Positions 1-9,959 of a stretch of 64,000 bases of DNA are shown here, piece after piece. The position numbers and the translations under genes were made by a program. The notes under the pieces were generated by a model. That model did not search any database. It was not told the DNA's origin and worked only from the letters and a program-made list of their open reading frames with translations. This stretch comes from Pristiophorus japonicus (taxonomy: Eukaryota). The DNA lies in contig NC_091990.1 in assembly GCF_044704955.1 (NCBI RefSeq), positions 143,406,001 through 143,470,000 of the forward strand, in the 5' to 3' direction. Within the stretch, counting starts at the first letter, position 1; each line of letters starts with the position of its first letter.

Positions 1-1350
1 TACTGAGTACCACTTCCTTAGTGATTGTGATTGTGTTAAGTTCCTCCCCCCCCTATAGTCCCTTGACTATCCACTGTTGGAATATTATTCGTGACCTCCA
101 CCGTAAAGACTGATACAAAATATTTCTTCAGAATTTCTGCCATCTCCACGTTCCCCATTACTAATTCTCCGGTCTCGTCCTCCAAGGGACCAACATTTAC
201 TCGAGCCATTCTTTTCCTTTTTATATACCTATAGAAACGCTTGCTATCTGTTTTTATATTTGGTGCTAGTTTACGTTCACAGTCTATCTTCCCTTAATCA
301 CTTATTTAGTCATTCTTTGTTGGCTTTTAAACACTTCTCAATCTTCTGTCCTCCCACTAGTTTTGGCCACTTTGTATCCCCTTGTTTTTAATTGGATACC
401 ATCCTTTAGTTAGTCACGGATGGCTATCTTTTCTCTTATGCCCTTTGCTCCTCAGTGGAATATATTTTTCTTGAGAGTTGTGAAATATCTCGTTAAATGT
501 ACACCACTGTTCATCATCCGTCCAACATGTTAATCTATTTTCCCAGTCCATTTTGCCAACTCAGCCCTCATACCTTCATAGTCTCCTTTATTTAAGCTTA
601 GTACATTGGTTAGAGATCCAACTTTCTCACCCTCCATCTGAATTTGAAATTCAATCATGCTATGATCGCTTATTCCAAGGGGATCCTTTAATAGGAGATT
701 GTTTATTAATCCTGTCTCATTACACAGGACCAGATCCAAGATAGCCTGCCCCCTGGTTGGTTCCGTTACATACTGCTCAAGGAACCATCCGTAATGCACT
801 CTATGAACTCTTCCTCAAGGCTACCCTGACCAATTTGATTTATCCAATCAATATGGAGGTTAAAATCACCCATGATTATTGCTGTTCCCTTTTTACAAGC
901 CCCCACTATTTCCTGGTTTATGCTCCGACCAACAGAGTTTTTACTGTTAGGGTGCCTACAGACTATACTCACCAGTGACTTTTTCCCTTTATTATTCCTT
1001 ATCTCCACCCAAACTGTTTCAACACCCTTATCATTTGAGCCAATATCGTTTCTCGCTATTGCAGTGATTCCATCCTTTATCAATAGAGCTACCCCACTTC
1101 CTTTTCCTTTCTGTCTGTCCTTCTGGATTGTCAAATATGCCTAAATATTTAATTCCCAGTCCTGATCACCTTGCAACCACATCTCTGTAATGGCTATCAG
1201 ATCATACCCATTTGTCTCAATTTCTGCCGTCAACTCATCTGTTTTGTTATAAATGCTACGTGCATTTCGACAGAGCCTTTAAATGTGTTTTTTAACCCTT
1301 TTTTCCTGCTTGTTTCCTCTCTCCTTCAAACTCACTTTCTTTATTTTTGC
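1..1350 (-). mobile_element. CR1 LINE fragment (ORF2 endonuclease region, frameshifted)
   Basis: ORFs 766..1134 (GSGVALLIK, IMGDFNLHIDW) and 530..799 (EQYVTEPTRGQAILDLVL, SDHSMIEF) are AP-endonuclease motifs; nearly identical to the CR1 at 49899-53221. Confidence 0.9.
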
Positions 1351-1374
1351 TTTCTAGTTTCAGCCGTTCTACAG

Positions 1375-1713
1375 TGTTAGATCTCTTAATTTCCAATGAA
1401 ATACGAACTCCGATGGTAGTTTTAACTTCTTTATTTTGTCAGAGAGCAACAAGCTGCTGGCTGATTGCCAGTTCCTTTGTCTTACTGGGACCACATGGTC
1501 AAAATGGCTGTATTTATACCGGGTTCAATTTGCAGAAAAGAACTAGCCTTCTTTGACCTTATTGGCTCAATTAATAGTCTTTTAACGTTTTAATTGGCTC
1601 GCTACCCAAGGTCCGAAAATGTTAAGTTGATTGATGACTTAATGCAATGTGGCCTGTGTTTTTTCACAGCCTGTCTAAATGCAGCCTGGCTGCAGAGCTT
1701 GAATTCTCTATCA
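1375..1713 (-). repeat. ERV 3' LTR
   Basis: TG...CA ends. On the minus strand: two CCAAT boxes (1561-1565, 1593-1597), TATAAATA (1511-1518), AATAAA (1430-1435). About 9 substitutions versus the 5' LTR by manual comparison. Confidence 0.95.
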
Positions 1714-1730
1714 ATCCCCCCTTTGATTCT
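1714..1730 (-). promoter_or_regulatory. Polypurine tract of ERV
   Basis: Minus strand AGAATCAAAGGGGGGAT directly precedes the 3' LTR. Confidence 0.85.
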
Positions 1731-1988
1731 TTCACAAACTGAATCGTAAAACTTCAGGTATCACTGGTTAAACAATCTACAAAATAATTTCATACATGTT
1801 AATAGAGTTTCCTTCTAAAATTTGTTGATGTGTTTCGCCACATATCCGGACTAGTAGCTTCCACACAAATTTACACCAACCCGAGTTCCATCGTGGCCAC
1901 AAAGGAAGTCTGGTTTTAGTAGGTTAATTAACCTTATTCCAATTTAATCCAAATCAATATCTTAATTCAACCAGTAAACAACCTTTCC

Positions 1989-3341
1989 TTAAGCATAACA
2001 TACTCCTGTGCCACATACAGATGGTCTGCTGGGACCTGCAAGGTGTCTCACATGCGGGACAGCAGCTACAGCCACCTGGTCGCAACAACATTTAATCAAC
2101 ATAAACAAACAATATAAAAATAAAACAATTACAACAAATAGAATTAAACCTTCCACCAATGAAGTTCCTATTGAACCTAGCCATTCAGTGGCTCCACTCC
2201 ACAAAGTGAATGATGGGGGTTGCTTAAGTTTTTCTACCTCCTTTTGGATATGCTCTGCTAAGTGGGTAATTTCTTCGGAGCTATCTGGGATATATGTGCA
2301 ACACTCAGTTCCGAGTAGGGCGCAAGTATCTCCCTTTTCAGCCAGGATGTAGTCAAGGGCCAGTCTATTCTGTAGGGCTACTGTGCGGATTGCTACCATT
2401 TCTGTATTGATTTTAACTAGAGCCTCTGAAGTATCATTGGCTACTCGTTCCACAACGGATGCCATGTTAATGGATTCCCGTGCCAGTCTTGCGGTCCCAT
2501 ACCTGGGGATCAGAATGGCAAAGAACCTCTCTGTTTCTGTGATAGCTCTCTTAGGACGGTGTAAATGTTCCGACAGTGACTTTATATGATACATATAAGG
2601 CACAATGTTGGCTAAATAGCAGGATCCCATCCAATTCTGGGGCAGCCAAGGGTAGGCCTTGTGGCCACACACCCAATAGGTGCCATTATATGCAATGAAT
2701 GTTAGCTGTTTCTTTGTCAGCAACACTCCGGGGCCTGTCCAGGCTTTTCCATCTGTTTTATTCAGAATCCCCATTACGTTAAAAATTCCCACATTGGCCC
2801 AGTTTGGACGGTTCCGTGGCTTGATTATATTATAATTCCGGGAGCAGTTACTATACCCCATATTTTGGCCTCCTTTGATGTTTCTAATCAAACAGACCAA
2901 TTCCCCCGGTCTTCCTATTCCCGTTGTATTAGTGATAACAAAAAATGGGGGCCGTTTGGAATTATTGTAGCACGGTTGGTATCCCCCTTCAAAGGTAGTC
3001 AGATTGTAACCTGCTGACTTCCATTTACGTGCCCAGTTTTCCGTATCCTAAAACACATTGCCTGTTTTGTTTTGATTAATTATCCACTCAGCCATTTCCG
3101 AGATATTCAAGGGAACTGGCCTCAAGGGAATCCCTCCCTTTGAGTGAATAGGAATATGCATACACACCCAACAACTAGAAATGTTACCTTGTTTGGCATA
3201 AATGTATGACATATATAAAAAGATATTTACATGTAATTCCCTTGCTACCCTACTATTTCCCTTTGGTGCAGAAGGTCGGCTAGTAAGAAGTAGGCCTATG
3301 CCTAGAATACCTACAATCAATAATACAGTAAATGTATACAT
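1989..3341 (-). pseudogene. env: ERV envelope (gamma-type SU/TM), one in-frame TAG at 3048-3050
   Basis: ORFs 3048..3341 and 1989..2900 are in the same frame. Signal peptide, CWVC (CxxC), furin site RPKR, fusion peptide, ISD LQNRLALDYILA, CX6CC (CALLGTECC), transmembrane helix. Confidence 0.93.
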
Positions 3342-3365
3342 TTTCGCAAAAAGTAATTGTCCTTA

Positions 3366-3803
3366 TTAGATTTCAGCTTCAGTTATGGGTGCTCGTTTAA
3401 CATGTGAAGCGTGGATCCAGGCTTTCTTTCCTTGGACTTTAACAGCTGCCTGGGTGGTCAATAACACTTGATAAGGTCCCTCCCACTTGGCACCCAAAGG
3501 TTTTTTATGCAACTTTTTCACATACACCCAGACTCCCGGGATGATGTCGTGTCCTCCTTCGGGTGGATCACCCCAAGCTGCCAATACCTGTCGGGAAACA
3601 GAACTAATAGCATTGGTTAAGTTCTGACAGTATGATAACAAAGTGTCACCCATTAAGTGAACATCAGCTTTCCGTAAATCGATAGTTCCTGGCAGCGACA
3701 TGGGTCTTCCTGTTATAATTTCAAATGGACTTAGACCTGTAGTTCTGTTCGGGGTTGCCCTAATGCTACATAGCACTATTGGTAGTGCCTGGGGCCATGG
3801 TGT
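3366..3803 (-). pseudogene. ERV integrase C-terminal remnant
   Basis: WPQALPIVLCSIRATP...TGLSPFEIITGRPM...WEGPYQVLL (GPY/F module)...WIHASHVK; no HHCC or DDE core upstream. Confidence 0.88.
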
Positions 3804-4207
3804 TCCTTCATTTCTTCTTTCTTCAAAGTTCTAATTGACCAAGTCACCCGACCATCCTCAAAATGCAATGATGAATCTACTTGGATTAGAACGTCCATTC
3901 CCAAAAGGGGTTGATCTACTGGGCCTATCCAGACCGGCGTGGTTAGTTCATGTGGACCCAGCCCTATAAGTACCAGTGTTGTCCTTTTAATTTCCATTTT
4001 ATGGCCTCCAACTCCATAGGCTGTACGTACCCTACCATCCAACGGCAAAAAGTCTCCATATTGTAGGGGTAAGCATGTTAATTCCGCCCCTGTGTCTAAA
4101 AGACAGTTCACATCCTTATCGCCCATCCTCACAGTTATATATAGCCCATCTCCCCTTTGTTGTATCAGTGCGAGGAGGTGGGCCAGGGTGGGCTCTAATC
4201 GTTTTTT
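3804..4207 (-). CDS. pro: ERV aspartic protease, in the -1 frame relative to gag
   Basis: LLDTGAELT catalytic motif, GVGG flap, LLGMD. The frame is open back to the A-AAA-AAC heptamer at 4207-4201. Confidence 0.88.
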
Positions 4208-5762
4208 GCTATCCCAAGTAACTCCTTCTGTTGTTGTATTGTCAGTCGCTTAAATGCTTCTATGAGGTCGTTATCTTGTGACAAGCCTGGCTTGTTGGCT
4301 GAATTGTATCCCTGGCTGCGTCCTCTTCCCCAGCCACGACCTTTCTGTTTGGCCCTGCACGTCTTGGCCCAGTGACCTTCTTTCCCACAATAATGACATA
4401 TTCCGGGTAATTTTCCTAATAACTGTTTATCGGAATCCTGGGATTTCCATCCCATAGCCTGTACAGCTCGGACTTTAGCTCCCATATCCCGATCTAATTG
4501 GTTACATCGATCCACCAATGCTGCAAAGGTAGTTCCTCTACCTTCCCAGTCCGGTAACACTACCTTAAGCATTTTGGACAGTTCTGGCTTTAGACCTGCC
4601 ACGAAAGCTGCTTTCAGGGGTCCAAACACTTGTTCATCCATTTCCTCATCCGTATTATTCATACCCGAATGTTCTAGCCATGTGCATCTAAACCGCTCGT
4701 CATACTCCAGGATCTCGTCTGTTCCTTTCTGTTGGCAGGCTGCAATTTTTCCCCAGTCTGTCTTAGCTGGACTGAAGGCTTGCAGCCAGTTTTTAATCGC
4801 CTCCCATCCTGCGTCTAATTCTTGCTCATTCTGCCCCAAAGCTTCATCTACCTTGTCGTGCAATTTTCTTCCCTGTGTTTTTGGCACCATTATGGTCAAA
4901 ATTTGAACTCCGTCCCAGGGATGAAGTTGATATATATTTCTTAAGCGGTCCAATTGGTCCCACGTTTTTACTCCCCCTTTCTTTGGATTGGGCAATTCCT
5001 TGGACCATTTATCAATTTTCTCTGGGTCTGCCGGAGCATGAACTAAGTATTCTTCGTACACCCTTCTTTTTGTTTTTTTGGTTCCGCCCTCATCCGCAGT
5101 CTCTTCTGATTTGACTACAACTCGTCTTTTTTTTTTAAAAACGGGGCAAAGCGCACCCCTAATTCGTCATCCTCCGACACTGTATTGTCGGAGGATTCAG
5201 AATCCATATCTATTCCTTGGTCGTGTCTTCGGGTTTGCACTTTTAATTTATCCAAACATGGGTACCCTGGGAATTGATCAATACATTTTCCTTTTCCTAT
5301 TACTGTCTCTTGACCTAATGATTTTTTCCATTCTTTAATTTCACCTTTAAGATCTTTAACTTCCGCTTCCAGCTTTTCAAGTTCAAGCTTTTTCTGTCGC
5401 AGCTGCGCACAAACTGCATGCAATTGATCCTTTGTACTGGTCAGTTCTCGATCATGTTGGGAACGCATTATAATTTCATTCCTGTTTCGAATCTGACCCA
5501 TAACCGCTAGGGACCATCGAGTTCGCTCTTTATTTTTCATACGGGTCGTTTTTCCCCAGACCCTTTTAATCTCGTCCAAGGACCATTGTCCTTTGGAGGT
5601 TCTGTACTTTTGTTCGATCTTAAGACAGGTTTTAGATAAGTTGAATTATTGCTCTATGTATTCTTTCAACTGTTCGAGGATTTCATCTAGCAAAACTTCT
5701 GGTGGTGCCTGCCCACCTTTAACAGTTGTAGATAATTCTTTGCTCTTATCTCCTGCTGCCAT
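4195..5762 (-). pseudogene. gag: ERV gag (one premature TAA near 5646, one frameshift near the T-run at about 5126-5136)
   Basis: ATG at 5762 (MAAGDKSKEL); ORFs 5115..5579 and 4195..5061; CCHC knuckle CHYCGKEGHWAKTC; MHR-like QQKGTDEILEYDERF. Confidence 0.88.
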
Positions 5763-6029
5763 TATATTGATTTGTTTACTGGGGTCTCACGTCGTAGGCT
5801 TTCTAGCCGATCAATAGGTTGGTGATTAATTAACTAACACACCGCCGAAGTTTAGACATCTATGGAACCTCGAGCCGACTACCAACCGGAGGGTTCGCAA
5901 ACCGGAGGCTTTCGGAATCGCGTAGAAGGAGAGGCGAATTTAGACTTTTGACTGAGGACTTTTTAAAAAGAGCTTTCCTTACCTCAGTATGTAGGTCCGA
6001 TGTCCAAAATTCAATTTCTTTCCTCAGCG

Positions 6030-6047
6030 ATCCTGTTCGTGACGCCA
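6030..6047 (-). promoter_or_regulatory. Primer-binding site complementary to tRNA-Ser(CGA)
   Basis: TGGCGTCACGAACAGGAT, 4 nt from the 5' LTR, is complementary to the recalled vertebrate tRNA-Ser-CGA 3' end ...ATCCTGTTCGTGACG-CCA. Confidence 0.8.
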
Positions 6048-6051
6048 AAAT

Positions 6052-6390
6052 TATTAGATCTCTTAATTTCCAATGAAATACGAACTCCGATGGTAGTTTT
6101 AACTTCTTTATTTTGGCAGAGAGCAACAAGCTGCTGGCTGATTGCCAGTTCCTTTGTCTTACTGGGACCACATGGTCAAAATGGCTGTTTTTATACCGGG
6201 TTCAATTTACAGAAAAGAACTCGCCTTCTTTGACCTTATTGGCTCAATTAATAGTCTTTTAACCTTTTAATTGGCTCGCTACCCAAGGTCCAAAAATGTT
6301 AAGTTGATTGATGACTTAATGCAATGTGACCTGTGTTTTTTCACAGCCTGTCTAAATGCAGCTTGGCTGCAGAGCTTGAATTCTCTATCA
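6052..6390 (-). repeat. ERV 5' LTR
   Basis: 339-bp copy of 1375-1713; the terminal CA is mutated to TA. Confidence 0.95.
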
Positions 6391-6627
6391 TACAGGCATT
6401 AAATGGCCACACAATCATTCAATATGGCAGGCAGCATTCACAGCACATTCCCAGGTGGAGGTGAACCATATTGGTATAGGCATCCAGAACCCATGCTCCA
6501 AACAGGTGTTAGGACCTTTGCATATATAAATAAGGGGCCTACAGCCTGTTGAATGCACCCTTTACCAAATTGGTTTGCCCTGAATGCAGCTAGCATTGAG
6601 GCGCCTGCATTCACTAAAACAATGTCT

Positions 6628-7172
6628 GGGCTAGATTTTTGGTTTTCCCGAAAACCGTAGTTTTACACCAAAATTACTGTTTTCGCTGCACTATCATTTT
6701 TTACCGAACTTTCGGCCTTTACGTCATCGATAAAGCAGGCATTGCACGACGATTCGCGGTGCAAACTGCGAGTTTTGGCAACTTTAGTCCGGGGCGGTAG
6801 TGCTGGGAGGGTGGAAAATAAAATTCCAAAATAACATTCACAAAACCCTTAGCTACTAAATTGCTGAAAAATAATTTTTAAATAAAAACTTTAACTTACC
6901 TTTTTTGCAGGTTTTCATACTAACCGCTGCTGGCAGAGCTGCACCAACAGGTTTGACCTGTCGGTGTTCTGGGCATGGCATATGGGTTAGCAGAATGCCA
7001 AAAGCACGATGAAAATGCGATCTGCGTTGTTGCACATCGGCACATCTCTCCCTGGCGGTACTGGGAAGTACCATCGCAAAGAGGTACCCGAGGATCCTGC
7101 CGACCAGGTTTTCGCCGCGGAGGGTCAAATCGCGCCGAAAACATGGTCGCAAACCTGGTGAAAGTCCAGCCC
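6628..7172. mobile_element. Non-autonomous Harbinger-like MITE
   Basis: Ends GGGCTAGATTTT ... AAAGTCCAGCCC resemble the TIR of 18814-23244; no clean TSD. Confidence 0.65.
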
Positions 7173-9699
7173 AATATATGGCCTAACCAGTGATCCTGAA
7201 AGGAATCACTGTCGGCTGCCATAAGAAAGGTAAGTTTTGTAAAATATACTTTCCTGAATATGGAATTTGGAGTAGGAGGAGTGTTTTTCCTGACATACCC
7301 TTCCCAGTGCCCTCATCCCCAATCACCCCTTCCCTCTCGATTTCCTTCCTCCCTCCCAAGCATTTCAACCCCCCACTCCTCTCACAGGACATACCTGAGG
7401 CCTGCTGCTGGCCATTCAGTGGCCAGAAATTGTAATCCTCTTTGACAGCGAGCTGGCTGGTGACACCCAGCAGGCATCTGCAACCTCGCTGGTCTCATGT
7501 AAATAAGGCCTGAGGCCAAGTACTGGATGGGTCTTGGCCTACTCGGTCTGGAGCAGGGATCATTCTCTGTGCTCAGTTCGTGCCAGCCCAGTTCTAGGTA
7601 CAAATGTCCAGAATTTTTAGACACAAATGGACTTTAGTCTGCACAGTCAGCTTCTGAAAGATATACTCCATCTGTTTTGTCAGTCTCTGGGCCCAAGGAG
7701 ATTTCACACTGTGTTTCCTATGTAGGAATTGCTCTAGGAATTGCTCTGTGTTTGTATGCTTCTGATGCAGAGGAGCAGAGAAGGAATGCTGCACAGCTAC
7801 TTTGGCACCTTCTGTGTTTTTTCAGGATCACCCAACAGTTTAGGGACAGATATTTGTACCTGGATGCGCAGGATCACACCTACATACAGTGACAATATTG
7901 CTCCAAGGAGGTGACAATGAATTAGGCACAATCCTGCAGCCACAAATGCAATCGATTTCATGATAGGAATAGCTCTATCAATAGAATAAAATAAGATGTT
8001 TCAGTGATTTAATAATAAGACCCTCCTTGAAACCAAGCTTACATGGAAAGACTTCTCAGTGTGGTATGCTGCAGTGCTGAACTGTATGCATGTAATTGAA
8101 TAACATGAGACAGTATGAGGTTCCTAGAATGATACTTGCCTTGGGCTTGGAAGAGATCTCAGATGCGAATTTCCCTGAAGGGAATTGCTCTGTGTTTGTA
8201 TGCTTCTGAGGCAGAGGAGCAGAGGAGTAATGTTGCACAGCTCCATTTCCCAATGTTCTCTCTCATGCTTTCTACTCTCTACACACCCAGAATCTCCAGA
8301 GCTTTTGCCTCATAAATAGTAAATGATTTCCGGTTGGTTTTACCCACTACTATCTACCATGTGTTGTCTTCTGTTATGTGGAGACTTTTTCTGTAAAGAG
8401 ATTAAAAAAAGGACACATGGTGAAAGAGGTGGTGAGTTACCCAAGTGCTCAGAACAAAAAATACTTTATGTAAATGTATGGATATATACCTTCTTCAGCT
8501 ATTGTAGTTGCTCCATTCATTGGGTGGTTTGGTCACCACTTTGATAGGGCAAAATTAAACAATGCCTTGGAAGAAAATGAGCTTGCTCGTGCATTTAGAA
8601 AGATCAACAGTTTACAAATTGTGCTGCATTCTCCCTCTCCGATGGAACACCAACTTTACACTGCCGGGCAAAAATGATGCTTTACAAGGCAACATATTAA
8701 AGTTCATTCCCATTTTTACCCTCTTACCGGAGCGACCTTATGCAGCCTAGCAAATCTCTTCCACAACTGCTCCTAGGCTTGATCCACAGATGAGACAGTA
8801 TTTCTGTTACCTACATCAGTGTTGTGCTGAAATTCTGCTGGATTTCAGAATTGTCCTCTCCCCCCAACAGTGTACATTTTGCTGCAGGGCCTCCTGCCTC
8901 ACGACTCCTAAAGCATTCAGTGGAACCATTTGCCCTCCAATCATTATTAGAACACCTGAAGCACTGCAGCTTTAAGGGTTGCTAGAAACCCTCCAAGAGC
9001 AGCTGTCGCTGGATATCCTGCCCCTACCCCTGATCTGAGTGTTCCTAGCATGTCACATGTTATGCTCTGGGAGCATTGTAAAAATATTTTAAGTAGCCGA
9101 AAACAAATTATTAGAAAAGGCTAGTTTGTTGCTCAACGTGGTCGTGAAGCACCTGATGTGCATGGTCAGTCCTTATAACTTTTGCACCACCTCAGATGTT
9201 GTGCATTAGAAATAACAGCATTAATATGAACACAACAATTAATTTGTGGACATTTACCTTATTAGTGAGCCTTGCAGGACATCCGAGGCATGGAGGCAAA
9301 CTTGTTAGTTTGATTTTAAAGATTGGTACTGTGCATGTAACAAATGGACACATGATAACGTTTAAATGTTCTGATATTAGAAATTAGGGATTGATTAACT
9401 TTGCACAATTAAATTTGTTCATCTGTATAGGCAGGTCAGAGAACTGCCGAAAATCTACTTTCATTTAAAGTAGTGAAACAGTGATGCAGAGAACAAGGCT
9501 CAAAACTCACTGATAATTTGGTGAGTGTTGATGGAGTTGTGGAGTGCAAGAAGGACATTGGGCCACTCAAGCTCACTACATTCAAATGGATTGGTGCTGC
9601 AAGTAATTGCAGGCATAACTTGTTGCAGATATTTAAGTTCGAAGCACTCAGAATGTTGTCATTATATATCAAGATAAATCACAACACACAGCTGAGCAA

Positions 9700-9925
9700 A
9701 GAAAACCTGCCCCCTGACCAGCCTGACCTGTACACAACACCAGTCCCACACCAATGTGGCTGACTCTTAACTTTCCTCTAAAGTGACCTAGCAAGCAACT
9801 CAGTTGTATCAAACCACTGTAGACACTGACTGCAGTGGTTCAAGAAGAAGGCCAACTGCCATCTTCTCGGGTCAGCTAGGGATGGACCATAAATGCTGGC
9901 CCAGATCACGAGATGAATTTTTAAA
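9700..9925 (+). mobile_element. 3' part of a SINE related to 24704-25172
   Basis: Shares AATGTGGCTGACTCTTAAC...GACTGCAGTGGTTCAAGAAG...AGGGATGG..ATAAATGC with that SINE. Confidence 0.6.
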
Positions 9926-9959
9926 AATAAAGCTGATTGCAACTAAATGCAGTGCATAA

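Larger units (their letters stand above)
1375..6390 (-). mobile_element. Endogenous retrovirus provirus, internally deleted (LTR-PBS-gag-pro-[RT/RH deleted]-IN C-term-env-PPT-LTR)
   Basis: Two 339-bp direct repeats; 5-bp TSD TACAG at 1370-1374 and 6391-6395; PBS, PPT, and gag/pro/IN/env motifs in order on the minus strand. Confidence 0.96.

Noticed and set aside
8300-9660. Possible host exons near splice-like sites (about 8490 -, 9433-9520 +)
   Set aside because: The frames I tested contain stops, and no peptide was recognisable.
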